This document shows positions 9,338-18,094 of a stretch of DNA of 64,000 bases, in pieces; the stretch's first letter is position 1; the number at the start of each line of letters is the position of its first letter. Where the stretch lies: positions 1 through 64,000 of IMG/VR virus record IMGVR_UViG_3300025112_006940. One strand, given 5' to 3'. The stretch comes from a virus. Position numbers and translations under genes: made by a program. A model generated the notes under the pieces. The model searched no databases, was not told where the DNA came from, and worked only from the letters and a program-made list of their open reading frames with translations.

Positions 9338-9413
9338 TCAGGAGGTCATTTAACTGGCAAGATCTCTGCCTGTGAAGCAGATGAAGAAGGTTCAAGTCCT
9401 TCTCTCCTGACCA
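9338..9413 (+). tRNA. tRNA-His(GTG), U-1:A73 type
   Basis: TCTGC-CTGTGAA-GCAGA, CCA. Confidence 0.9.
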
Positions 9414-9419
9414 AAATAT

Positions 9420-9495
9420 GACTCGGAGTGCAAAGTGGATAGCAGCTAGACTTTCAATCTAGTGATAGCGGGTTCAATCCCCGTCCGAGTCACCA
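9420..9495 (+). tRNA. tRNA-Glu(TTC)
   Basis: CTAGA-CTTTCAA-TCTAG, CCA. Confidence 0.88.
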
Positions 9496-9514
9496 AACTT
9501 TTAGGAAAGGTAAC

Positions 9515-9724
9515 ATGGCACGTACAAATCGTAAGAAATTTAGAGATCAAGAAGATAATTTCAAGATGACTAAATCAGAAGCGAAGCATGCTAGAAAAAC
9601 AGCAAGGCAAAATAAGAATTGGTTATTAGAGGATGAAGATGATGATTGGGAGTTTTATAATTTCAATGATGAAGAAAAAGATTTAGATAATTTGAGTGAC
9701 ATATTAATTAGAAAAGTAGTTTAA
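9515..9724 (+). CDS. hypothetical protein (basic N-half, acidic C-half)
   Basis: RBS + ORF track. Confidence 0.65.
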   Translation: MARTNRKKFRDQEDNFKMTKSEAKHARKTARQNKNWLLEDEDDDWEFYNFNDEEKDLDNLSDILIRKVV

Positions 9725-9766
9725 AATGATGTTATTCTTTATTATATAGGAAAGTAAGTTTAATAT

Positions 9767-9852
9767 GGGTCAGCGTCCAAGTTGGAGAGTGGAGACGGTC
9801 TGTAAAACCGTTGGCTTAGCCTGAGTAGGTTCGATTCCTACCTGGCCTACCA
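9767..9852 (+). tRNA. tRNA-Tyr(GTA)
   Basis: ACGGT-CTGTAAA-ACCGT, variable arm, CCA. Confidence 0.92.
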
Positions 9853-9873
9853 TAATATAATAAGGAGAATATA

Positions 9874-10641
9874 ATGGCTCAAGATGGTGGCTTAACATTC
9901 AGAGAAAATAGGCAAATTAAAGATTTTGAATTATTTGCATCTGTTGAAGAAGATGGAAGGGATGCTTATACAGAAGAAAATCATGATATTGGTTTTCCTA
10001 TAGAATTAAAAACTTCAAGATATGATTTTGATTATAGGAATATTGATTTTAAAATAGTTTCAAGTCCAACAGAAAATACGATATCAAAAAAATTACCTAC
10101 TCAATATTACATTTTTTCTATAGGCAAAGATATTAAAAAAGATGGTTTTAACGATTTTGAAATACATGATTCTTGGTTTATTTCTGGTGAACAGATGCTA
10201 CCTTGGATTAATGAAAAACTAGAAGATTTGAAAAATAGAAAAAGACAACTCAATTTAAATATTGAAGAACTTGAATCTAGATTTTTATCATTGGCTGGAA
10301 TAACATACTTAGAACTTAGGGATATGAAACCTTATCCTAAGCAAAAATTCTTTAAAAAATTACATGAAAATTTCCAGTTTAACCAAGCTAATGAAATTAA
10401 AGATCTTGCAGAAACTTTGAAAAGAAAATACAGTAGCGATCGAAGCGAAAGACCAGATTCTTATCATATTTCATTAAAGAGAATTATTGATCTTGGCGCT
10501 AAGAAGTTTGGATTATCTAGTCATGAAGAATTAGAATTTATTATGGCTAGGTTGAAAATTCAATATCATGTAGTAAAGGGTGTAAGATGGATTAAACAAG
10601 AACTTATGTATCCATCAACTGTTAATTTTAGAAATCAATAA
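9874..10641 (+). CDS. hypothetical protein, possible PD-(D/E)xK nuclease
   Basis: E...DAY...IELKT spacing; AAGGAG RBS. Confidence 0.45.
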   Translation: MAQDGGLTFRENRQIKDFELFASVEEDGRDAYTEENHDIGFPIELKTSRYDFDYRNIDFKIVSSPTENTISKKLPTQYYIFSIGKDIKKDGFNDFEIHDSWFISGEQMLPWINEKLEDLKNRKRQLNLNIEELESRFLSLAGITYLELRDMKPYPKQKFFKKLHENFQFNQANEIKDLAETLKRKYSSDRSERPDSYHISLKRIIDLGAKKFGLSSHEELEFIMARLKIQYHVVKGVRWIKQELMYPSTVNFRNQ

Positions 10642-10647
10642 TAATAT

Positions 10648-10726
10648 TGGGGGAGAGCTGTCCAGGCGACTAGCACCGGACTGTTAATCCGGATAAAGAT
10701 GGGTTCGAGTCCCATTCCTCCAGCCA
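10648..10726 (+). tRNA. tRNA-Asn(GTT)
   Basis: CCGGA-CTGTTAA-TCCGG, G73, CCA. Confidence 0.92.
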
Positions 10727-10925
10727 AATATTTGAGGGTTTGTCGTAATCGTCTAGCAAGGCAGCTAACAAGTGACCAAGTTAAATATATGATTATTTTC
10801 TACGCGCATAAAATTTAAGATAATATTTGCACCCTCCCGGATTCCAGAGTCCCAGTCTGCTAGAAAACGAATTGGGAAAGTTTGTGGGGTAACCTTTTAA
10901 AAAACCCTGCTATAAATTTATATGA

Positions 10926-11001
10926 TGCTCCGTCTCCTCTAACGGCAAGATTACTGGCTTTGAACCAGTCGATGCAGGTTCGATTCCTGCCGGAGCATCC
11001 A
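10926..11001 (+). tRNA. tRNA-Gln(TTG)
   Basis: ACTGG-CTTTGAA-CCAGT, U1:A72, CCA. Confidence 0.88.
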
Positions 11002-11208
11002 ACTTTTTTTAAAGGAGCTTAAGATGAAAACCTTCATCAATACCGTTAATACTTCTTTAAACAATGTTTCAGTTTTTGTTTTAAAACCAACTAAGAAAAC
11101 TGATCGAGTTAAAAAAGTTGTTTCTGTAATTGAATTGCCTAAGACTTTTTATAAACGAGAACATGAGTTAAATTTATTTGATAGGTTCGTATAAGAAAGG
11201 TTACTTAT

Positions 11209-11442
11209 ATGTGCGGAAATTGTGGAAGAAATGATAGATGCGAATGCGATGAAACAGATGAAGAATTAGTTGCTCTTGTAATTAAAAATTTGAATGATGA
11301 AAAATTTCCAAGAAGAGATTTAACTGAAGTTATTAGAATTCTCTGGAGAGAAATATATGATCTTAAATTGAAAAATAACAAATTAGAAAAAGATCATATA
11401 GAATTATCATGGATTAAATGTCCAGAAGGAATGGGCCGATGA
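11209..11442 (+). CDS. hypothetical protein
   Basis: ORF track, ATGA overlap with next gene. Confidence 0.6.
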   Translation: MCGNCGRNDRCECDETDEELVALVIKNLNDEKFPRRDLTEVIRILWREIYDLKLKNNKLEKDHIELSWIKCPEGMGR

Positions 11443-11675
11443 ATCCAACAGGTATAAAAAACAAAAGACAATTGATTAGAACAAAAGAATATTTACAACA
11501 TTTTCAAGAATACAGAAAAGAATTAGGTAAACAAAAAATAGCAGAAAATGAAATGAAAAGAATTGAAATAGCTTGCGTAGATTCGGTTATATCTACTTTG
11601 AAAGAACAAGTTAAAAACTACAAGAAAAAAGAACCTGCTCACGAAAAAGGAAATGATGGAAAGGATTCTAAATGA
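11439..11675 (+). CDS. hypothetical helical protein
   Basis: IKNKRQL.RTKE...LKEQVKNY; start at ATGA overlap. Confidence 0.6.
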   Translation: MNPTGIKNKRQLIRTKEYLQHFQEYRKELGKQKIAENEMKRIEIACVDSVISTLKEQVKNYKKKEPAHEKGNDGKDSK

Positions 11676-11741
11676 CTGATAAGCAATATGAAAAGTTTTT
11701 TCAACAATGCAATGTAATTGAATGTATTAAAAAATTGCAGT

Positions 11742-11817
11742 CCCTTCGTAGCTCATATGGTGGAGCAGCTGGCTTTTAACCAGTTGGAAGTAGGTTCGAA
11801 TCCTACCGAGGGGACCA
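11742..11817 (+). tRNA. tRNA-Lys(TTT)
   Basis: GCTGG-CTTTTAA-CCAGT, CCA. Confidence 0.92.
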
Positions 11818-11825
11818 TAAAATTA

Positions 11826-11855
11826 AGGTCGAGAGTTCGATCCCCCCCCTCACCA
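11826..11855 (+). pseudogene. orphan tRNA 3' half
   Basis: AGGTC-GAGAG-TTCGATC-CCCCCC-TCACCA with no 5' half. Confidence 0.65.
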
Positions 11856-11860
11856 ATAAA

Positions 11861-11934
11861 CTCCAGTTCGTTTAATGACAAGACGCAGAGCTACGAACTC
11901 TGTAATAAAGGTTCGATTCCTTTACTGGAGACCA
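11861..11934 (+). tRNA. tRNA-Arg(ACG)
   Basis: CAGAG-CTACGAA-CTCTG, CCA. Confidence 0.9.
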
Positions 11935-12009
11935 GTTTAAAAGTTTAAAATATAAGATTTTGTTTTATTATCTACTGTAAGTAAAATAATTCAAATAGGA
12001 GATAATGAA

Positions 12010-12396
12010 ATGACTTCAAGAGATCAACACTGGAAGGAACTTTATGAATCTGCTAATGAGATGGGTTTTAGGCAGGCTCAGGAGCATATTCCTACTCCAA
12101 TGATTGTAACTGAAAGAATTAATCCATTAAATGATAAATCTGCAATTAAAAAGGATTATATAGTAAATGATGGAGTTTGTGGATTTGCCTCAATTGTAAT
12201 TAAGCCTGCAACATCTTCATTTGCACGATGGCTTAGAAAAAATGATATTGGATATAAACGATATTATGGTGGATGGAATATTTCAATAAGCGAACATAAT
12301 CAAAGCATGGAAAAGAAAACAGCTCATGCAAAAGCTATGAGTGAAGTTTTTCAAGCAAACGGAATTGAATGTTTTGTTGAATCTCGAATGGATTAA
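12010..12396 (+). CDS. conserved phage hypothetical protein
   Basis: GVCGFA..KP...FARWL..QSMEKK; AGGAG RBS. Confidence 0.75.
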   Translation: MTSRDQHWKELYESANEMGFRQAQEHIPTPMIVTERINPLNDKSAIKKDYIVNDGVCGFASIVIKPATSSFARWLRKNDIGYKRYYGGWNISISEHNQSMEKKTAHAKAMSEVFQANGIECFVESRMD

Positions 12397-12399
12397 TAT

Positions 12400-12475
12400 G
12401 CTTCCATGGCGCAATAGGTAGCGCAAAGGACTCTTAATCCTGAGGTTGTAGGTTCAATTCCTACTGGGAGCACCA
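12400..12475 (+). tRNA. tRNA-Lys(CTT)
   Basis: AGGA-CTCTTAA-TCCT, CCA. Confidence 0.92.
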
Positions 12476-12496
12476 AATTTAATGAAAGGTTTACAA

Positions 12497-12757
12497 ATGT
12501 CTAAGACTGGTATTGAAGTTATGGTGGATTTATCTGGCTCTGAAGGAAATGCATTTGTTGTAATGGGGATAGTTGGCAAAATATTAAGGCAAATTGATTC
12601 AAAGATGGATGCAAAATATAAGGCTGACGCTATGTCTGGAGATTATGAAAATCTTTTAAAAGTAACAAATGAATATGTTGATCTAATTGATACATCAAAT
12701 TCTTATCCAGAAATTCTTGGAAATGTAAAAGTTGAAACAACAATTATTCGTGACTAA
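12497..12757 (+). CDS. conserved phage hypothetical protein
   Basis: DLSGSEGNAF...AMSGDYENLL motif. Confidence 0.7.
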   Translation: MSKTGIEVMVDLSGSEGNAFVVMGIVGKILRQIDSKMDAKYKADAMSGDYENLLKVTNEYVDLIDTSNSYPEILGNVKVETTIIRD

Positions 12758-12931
12758 AAATAATAAGAAGCTTGTGAAGCTTTAAAGAAGGCCATGGAAA
12801 TTTTTTTAAAGCGAAAAACAACATCAGACAGCTGGCGACCGGATCGTTAAGGCTAATGATGAAAAAATTTAATCAACAGATTAGCACATTCCGGTGGAAA
12901 TGTTAATTGAGATTAATGCTTCTTAAAAAAT

Positions 12932-13008
12932 ACGGGTGTAGCCCAAAGGCAGGAGGCATCAGGTTTAAGCCCTGAGTAGTGTGGGTTCGAATCCCACCAC
13001 CCGTACCA
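12932..13008 (+). tRNA. tRNA-Leu(TAA), short variable loop
   Basis: TCAGG-TTTAAGC-CCTGA, A73, CCA. Confidence 0.88.
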
Positions 13009-13030
13009 TATTTTTTTAAGTGAGGTTATA

Positions 13031-13297
13031 ATGCCACTGATTGTAAAAGTACATTGGGCAGAACATGAGAGAGGTTGGGGTTCCAGACCTGATGGTTGTA
13101 CATTACACCTTAGTAAAATTGATGCAGATGAATTTATAAAAGAATATTGGGATAGGCAGCCAGATGAAACTCCATATGAATATTCAGCGCCTGGTTCATA
13201 AGAAATTTTTAATGTTTCAAATAAGCTATACAAAAAAATCAAAGAATCCAAAAACGGAATAAGGTTTTGGCGTCATCAAGAGGATCAAATAAAATGA
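13031..13297 (+). pseudogene. phage hypothetical gene with in-frame TAA at 13199
   Basis: ERGWGSRPDG... frame continues past the stop to an ATGA overlap with the next gene. Confidence 0.7.
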
Positions 13298-13551
13298 CAA
13301 CAAAAATTCTGAATATAGTTTTAGGTATAACATTAATCCTGTTTTTCAGTTTTATGTCTTATAGAAGTGGTTATTATTCTGGTTACGATAAAGGTAAATT
13401 GGTTGGATTTAATGAAGCTGTAGATGCGGAAATTGCTGAAAAAGTTAATCAACGTTATGAATATATAAAGGCTAAGGCCGACAGTTTAGTTCAAGCTAAA
13501 TTGAGTGAAAAAGCTTTGGAAATGCTAACAGATTTTAAGTGGAGTAAATAA
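13294..13551 (+). CDS. membrane-anchored hypothetical protein
   Basis: N-terminal TM helix, GYxxGY repeats. Confidence 0.7.
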   Translation: MTTKILNIVLGITLILFFSFMSYRSGYYSGYDKGKLVGFNEAVDAEIAEKVNQRYEYIKAKADSLVQAKLSEKALEMLTDFKWSK

Positions 13552-13859
13552 TGTTCAAATTCGTTTGTAAGTGGTTTGGTCATAAAAAAATAGGTATAGA
13601 TGAATATAACATCGTCATTAAAAACCTTAGAGAAAATGTTAAGCAAATTCAAAAACTTGAAGATAATCAAAATTTGATTCTTAAACATTTGGACAAATGG
13701 TATGATTACAAATACAGCCCAACTTCATCTTATTCTATTCCAAAATGTAAACGATGCGGTAAAGAGGATGTTGATAATACAAAGATGGATGTAGATTTTA
13801 AAGTTAGAATAGAAACACAGAGAACAACACCATGGCAACCAAAGTTTGGAATAAATTAA
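13551..13859 (+). CDS. hypothetical protein (C..GH / CKRCG zinc motif)
   Basis: CKWFGHK...CKRCGK. Confidence 0.7.
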   Translation: MFKFVCKWFGHKKIGIDEYNIVIKNLRENVKQIQKLEDNQNLILKHLDKWYDYKYSPTSSYSIPKCKRCGKEDVDNTKMDVDFKVRIETQRTTPWQPKFGIN

Positions 13860-14175
13860 CGGATGAAGAGAAAAAAGAAATAATAGACTCTAAACGATAA
13901 TGAAATTATAATGGATTATGAATATGCTGTTTGTTTCGGATCAGGTTCTAGTGTTGCATGGAGTGGTGAATCTAAACAACGTATTTTAGATGTTCGTTTT
14001 AATCATAAAAGTAAATGGCGATTAAGAGAAGAATTTGAAGAGTTTGATAAGCATGCTAATTATGGTGACTTTTAAACAATTGGTGATTATCTATTTATTT
14101 GTCAAAGACCATTAAAAGAACAAAGCCCAATGTCAAAGGGTGGTTTATATCATTTTGGTCCATAAATAAAAATTT

Positions 14176-14251
14176 GCCCCGTTAGCTCAACTGGAAGGGC
14201 ATGTGGCTTCTAACCACAAGATTACAGGTTCGAACCCTGTACGGGGTACCA
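14176..14251 (+). tRNA. tRNA-Arg(TCT)
   Basis: TGTGG-CTTCTAA-CCACA, CCA. Confidence 0.92.
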
Positions 14252-14258
14252 AATATGA

Positions 14259-14344
14259 GCTGAAGTCCCATAGAGGTTGATTGGACTGGTTTTGTAATCC
14301 AGTGACTTTTGTCCACGTCGGTTCGAATCCGACCTTCAGCTCCA
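14259..14344 (+). tRNA. tRNA-Thr(TGT) with extended variable arm
   Basis: GCTGAAG/CTTCAGC acceptor, TTTGTAA loop, GAC-TTTT-GTC V-arm, CCA. Confidence 0.8.
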
Positions 14345-14558
14345 CAAAAAATTATGCAAAAAAAGAAAAATACATAAGATTGCATTGATGCATAGAATGA
14401 TGTTTTACAATGGATTTTCATTACAGCCTGATGGTACAAGACATCCATTCAGATGTTATCAATGCAGAAGAGAGTTCAATTATTATATTAGGCCTAAAAG
14501 AAAAATGCAGCACCCATTAGATATAATATTTGGATATATCGATTTAAAAAATAAATAT

Positions 14559-14652
14559 GGAGGGAATCCGGCTGGATGAGGAGACAGTCTTGAAAACTGT
14601 TAGGTCATTCGAATAGAGTGGCTTTAGGGTTCGAGTCCCTATCCCTCTCCCA
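14559..14652 (+). tRNA. tRNA-Ser(TGA)
   Basis: ACAGT-CTTGAAA-ACTGT, long V arm, CCA (C73 atypical). Confidence 0.85.
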
Positions 14653-14844
14653 TTTTTTTGAATTGATGAAGCTTATGAGGTTGAAAAAGGAAAACGTGAA
14701 ATGCTAGAAGAAGAAGCAAAGAAACGTAAAGAAGAAGAAGAAAGATTACAGAGAATAGAAGATAAAAAACAAATAAAAAAAGCTGAATTTGAAACATATA
14801 AAAAATTGCGTGCTAAATATGATAAATTTTAATAAGGCGGTAAA

Positions 14845-15288
14845 ATGAAAATTGATATAGTCAATAAGTCGCCACATGAATTACCAAAATATGAAACAAC
14901 TGGATCAGCTGGAATGGATATTAGGGCATGGATAGATACATTTAATGCATCTGTAACAATACAAAAACATTGTACTGAAGTTATATCAACAGGCTTATAT
15001 TTAAACATTCCAGAAGGTTATGAAATTCAAATTAGGTCAAGAAGTGGTTTAGCTGCTAAAAATCATATTATTGTTGCTAATTCTCCAGGAACTATTGATA
15101 GTGATTATCATGGTGAAATAAAGGTAATTTTACATAATCTTTCGGCACCAGCATTTTACTTATACGATGGTGATAGAATTGCGCAAATGGTTTTAAAAAA
15201 AGTTAATACAATTAAGTGGCATGAAATTGATACTATTTCACAATCAGACAGAGGTGAAGGTGGTTTTGGTTCTACAGGAATAAAGTAA
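14845..15288 (+). CDS. dut: trimeric dUTPase
   Basis: AGMDI, RSGLAAK, GTIDSDYHGEI, DRIAQ, RGEGGFGSTG. Confidence 0.96.
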   Translation: MKIDIVNKSPHELPKYETTGSAGMDIRAWIDTFNASVTIQKHCTEVISTGLYLNIPEGYEIQIRSRSGLAAKNHIIVANSPGTIDSDYHGEIKVILHNLSAPAFYLYDGDRIAQMVLKKVNTIKWHEIDTISQSDRGEGGFGSTGIK

Positions 15289-15409
15289 AGGATACTTTAT
15301 GATTGAATATATAAAATGTGATATATTTAATAGTAAATGCAAAGTGATTTAGTTGAGAAGAAATTAAAAGTTGAAAAAGCTTTGAAAGGTTGGTAACATT
15401 AAATAAAAT

Positions 15410-15484
15410 GCGGCATTAGTTCAATTGGCAGAATATTAGGCTTCCACCCTGAAGATACCGGATCGTAGCCGGTATGCCGCTCCA
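15410..15484 (+). tRNA. tRNA-Gly(TCC)
   Basis: GCG acceptor, CTTCCAC loop, U73, T-loop ATCGTAG. Confidence 0.88.
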
Positions 15485-16001
15485 AAAAAACATAAGCAAT
15501 TTTAGATTTGTGGGGTAGTTTAATGAGTTATCAATAATATACTTAGTCATGAATGATATATTATACAACGTGCAAATGCATATGTTGTGCACAAATATAT
15601 GCAAATGTTAAAATATTACTGTTCGGCAGTAAAGATTCTAATTGGAACGTAGACCCCTATTATATTTTGAATGTAGTAAATTATAGGTATTGAATTCTTT
15701 TGTATAAGGAGTATTTATTATGTATGATAGGTATAAAATGCGATTAAGTGATGTTAGGCACATAAAAAAAATGAAACCTAAAAAACAAAGCATTTTTAAA
15801 AGAATTAAGGCAAAAATTGAAAAATTATTATATTGAGTTTTACGATGATACTCATGGAAAGCATTCACATAAGATGCTCTTAAGGCAATTGAAGAAATAA
15901 AAGAATGGTGTGCATTATTTCTATAACAATAGAAGATGATGAAAGAAACAAAAAAGTGGTAGAAGAAATTGATAAAATAAATAATAAATCAGAGAATTCA
16001 A

Positions 16002-16295
16002 ATGAAACTAAGTAAAGTATTGTTAGAAACAAATTATCAATTATATCATCCTACATTTATTTCTGCTTCTCAGGCAGCACATGATTATGCTGAAAAAAAA
16101 GGATATGAAATTAATGATAATGAATGGTTTAGTTCTGTTTCAACAGGCAAAAAAAGAGGAAGACCTGCTGTTGGCAAATCAAATTCATTTCATGTCAAAT
16201 TAAATAAAAATGGTAAAGAGCAAAGAAAACAATTGCACTTTCAAGTTTATGGAATGGAATCTGGTAAATATGAATTAAATATGTATATTCAATAA
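16002..16295 (+). CDS. hypothetical protein with MKL..LLE leader
   Basis: MKLSKVLLE; QVYGMESGKYELNMYI. Confidence 0.75.
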   Translation: MKLSKVLLETNYQLYHPTFISASQAAHDYAEKKGYEINDNEWFSSVSTGKKRGRPAVGKSNSFHVKLNKNGKEQRKQLHFQVYGMESGKYELNMYIQ

Positions 16296-16421
16296 TTTAG
16301 CATAGAGAAAATCAATGAAAATAAAAAAATCAGTATTACAACAAATAATAAAAATAAGAAGTAAAATCTTTTTTTTTGTAAAAGAACTAAAGAGAATTTT
16401 ACTAAATTAGAGACCTTAAGA

Positions 16422-16456
16422 TTGACTTTTCGTGGAAAATACTTCTGGATCTAAAT
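16422..16456 (+). repeat. 35-bp dispersed repeat, copy A
   Basis: TTGACTTTTCGTGGAAAATACTTCTGGATCTAAAT; one mismatch to 51967-52001. Confidence 0.85.
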
Positions 16457-16469
16457 ATCAAAATAAATT

Positions 16470-16555
16470 GCCTGAGTGGTGAAATGGTAAACACGCATGG
16501 CTAAGAACCATGTGGCTGCAAGGCCTTGAGGGTTCGACTCCCTCCTTAGGCACCA
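16470..16555 (+). tRNA. tRNA-Leu(AAG)
   Basis: CATGG-CTAAGAA-CCATG, V arm, A73, CCA. Confidence 0.88.
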
Positions 16556-16690
16556 AAAAATAGGAAATGAAAATTGTTAGATAGAAAGCTAAAATGGTTT
16601 TTCTATACTTTAGCCGTAAGTATATTATTTTTGTTTTATTGTTTATAAATGAATGCAATTTTAATATAAAAATTTGTAAGTTAATTAATT

Positions 16691-16767
16691 CGGTGTATGG
16701 CTCAGTCCGGTAGAGCACTTGCTTTGGGAGCAAGGGGCCGCAGGTTCGATTCCTGCTACACCGACCA
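16691..16767 (+). tRNA. tRNA-Pro(TGG)
   Basis: CGG acceptor, TTTGGGA loop, CCA. Confidence 0.94.
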
Positions 16768-16774
16768 AATATTT

Positions 16775-16850
16775 ACTCCCGTCGTCTACTGGTTTAAGGC
16801 CTCAGTCTTATATGCTGATGAAGAGGGTTCAATTCCCTCCGGGAGCACCA
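16775..16850 (+). tRNA. tRNA-Ile(TAT)
   Basis: TCAGT-CTTATAT-GCTGA, CCA; A1:C72 mismatch. Confidence 0.8.
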
Positions 16851-16944
16851 TATAGCCTAAGTGTGGATCAGGGTAAGAGGGGCATTTTTCAAACATGAGG
16901 AAGTTATATAAAGATTGGCCCCTCTAAAAAAATGAGGTTTTAAA

Positions 16945-17160
16945 ATGGCAGATCTTAAGATTAGTAGTTTATGTTTAGTGAATGGTAGTGGTGATTTACG
17001 TATGACTTCATAAGGAAAACGATACGCTGGTACAGTAGTTACAATTCTTAAGAAATGCAAAAGTGGTTTATATCTTGTTGAAGGAAAAGATGGAAAAACA
17101 GCAACATTTGCAAAAAGAAATTTAGATGAAATTATATCTTTAGGAATTAATTCGGTATGA
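16945..17160 (+). pseudogene. small ORF with in-frame TAA at 17011
   Basis: GAGG RBS; frame continues 49 codons past stop. Confidence 0.55.
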
Positions 17161-17300
17161 CTAAATGACATTTATAATAATTGTTATAATATACAGTGCT
17201 ATTATGATTGAATATGCAGATTGGCTAGAACATGTAAATTATTGGAAACGTTGGAATCGTGAAAAAGGTTTTATTCAATTTATCTTAGAAGGGAATAATA

Positions 17301-17492
17301 ATGGCTGATTCAAGTAGTTCTTTTAGTGGCATTGATTTTTTTGGATTGTTAACAATTATATTTATAGTTCTTAAGTTGACAAATTATATTGCTTGGTCTT
17401 GGTTATGGATATTAGCACCGCTTTGGATTCCTGTTACGCTTTTGTTATTATTTGTTATATTCGCAGCAATTATAGCGGCAGCATTAAAATGA
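17301..17492 (+). CDS. small membrane protein
   Basis: LLTIIFIVLKL..IAWSWLWILAPLW, two TM helices. Confidence 0.8.
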   Translation: MADSSSSFSGIDFFGLLTIIFIVLKLTNYIAWSWLWILAPLWIPVTLLLLFVIFAAIIAAALK

Positions 17493-17627
17493 AAAACATG
17501 ACAACAGATGAAAAATTCAAAGCTATTGGTAAAAAAAATAGCTGAGATACAAAACACAAAATATGAAACTGATTTAGTTAAAATGGGACCAAGTCACTAT
17601 AGATTAATTCAAAAAAAATGGAAAATT

Positions 17628-17703
17628 ACTCGGGTTGATTAGCGGCCAAATCGTCTGGCTTACATCCAGTTCATCGTGGGTTCGAGTCCCACCCCGAGTA
17701 CCA
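17628..17703 (+). tRNA. tRNA-Val(TAC)
   Basis: CTGG-CTTACAT-CCAG, CCA. Confidence 0.88.
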
Positions 17704-17711
17704 AAAATTAA

Positions 17712-17788
17712 GGGCTGGTGGTGTCAATTGGCAAACATAGGAGATTCCAAACCTCTTGCTCCGGGTTCAAATCCTGGCCAGCCTGCCA
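17712..17788 (+). tRNA. tRNA-Trp(CCA)
   Basis: TTCCAAA loop, G73, CCA. Confidence 0.88.
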
Positions 17789-17836
17789 TAAAAAAATGAG
17801 AGTAACATAAATAGGTAAATGCATTCGTCTATACGT

Positions 17837-17913
17837 TGTCCGGATGTCAATTTGGTATCGGCGCCATCCTGATAAGGTGGAAATAGTGAGTTCAAATCTC
17901 ACCCGGGCTACCA
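17837..17913 (+). tRNA. tRNA-Ile(GAT)
   Basis: CCATC-CTGATAA-GGTGG, CCA. Confidence 0.85.
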
Positions 17914-17920
17914 TATTATA

Positions 17921-17950
17921 TAGTGAGTTCAATCCTCACCTGTCCTACCA
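17921..17950 (+). pseudogene. orphan tRNA 3' half
   Basis: GTGAG-TTCAATC-CTCAC-CTGTCCT-ACCA. Confidence 0.7.
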
Positions 17951-17956
17951 AAATAT

Positions 17957-18036
17957 ATGAACATACGCAATAATGGAAGCGCGGCCAATCTAAACATATT
18001 GGTGAAGTGTGGGTTCGAACCCCATTGTTCATACCA
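17957..18036 (+). tRNA. atypical tRNA with 8-nt anticodon loop (CTAAACAT)
   Basis: perfect ATGAACA/TGTTCAT acceptor, CCAAT/ATTGG stem, TTCGAAC T-loop, CCA. Confidence 0.7.
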
Positions 18037-18094
18037 ATTTTTTCAAAGGCTAATAATGACATAATTACTTAAATATTAAACAGGAGAAATAATT

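Noticed and set aside
10850-10880. HDV-like/theta ribozyme call
   Set aside because: GTCCCAG..CGAATTGGGA resembles P2/J4-2, but P3/L3, P1.1 and P4 cannot be placed; kept only as an unassigned RNA.
15508-15660. Possible structured RNA (GGGGT/ACCCC ends, TTACTG-TTCGG-CAGTAA hairpin)
   Set aside because: Too AT-rich and too few pairings to support a call by eye.
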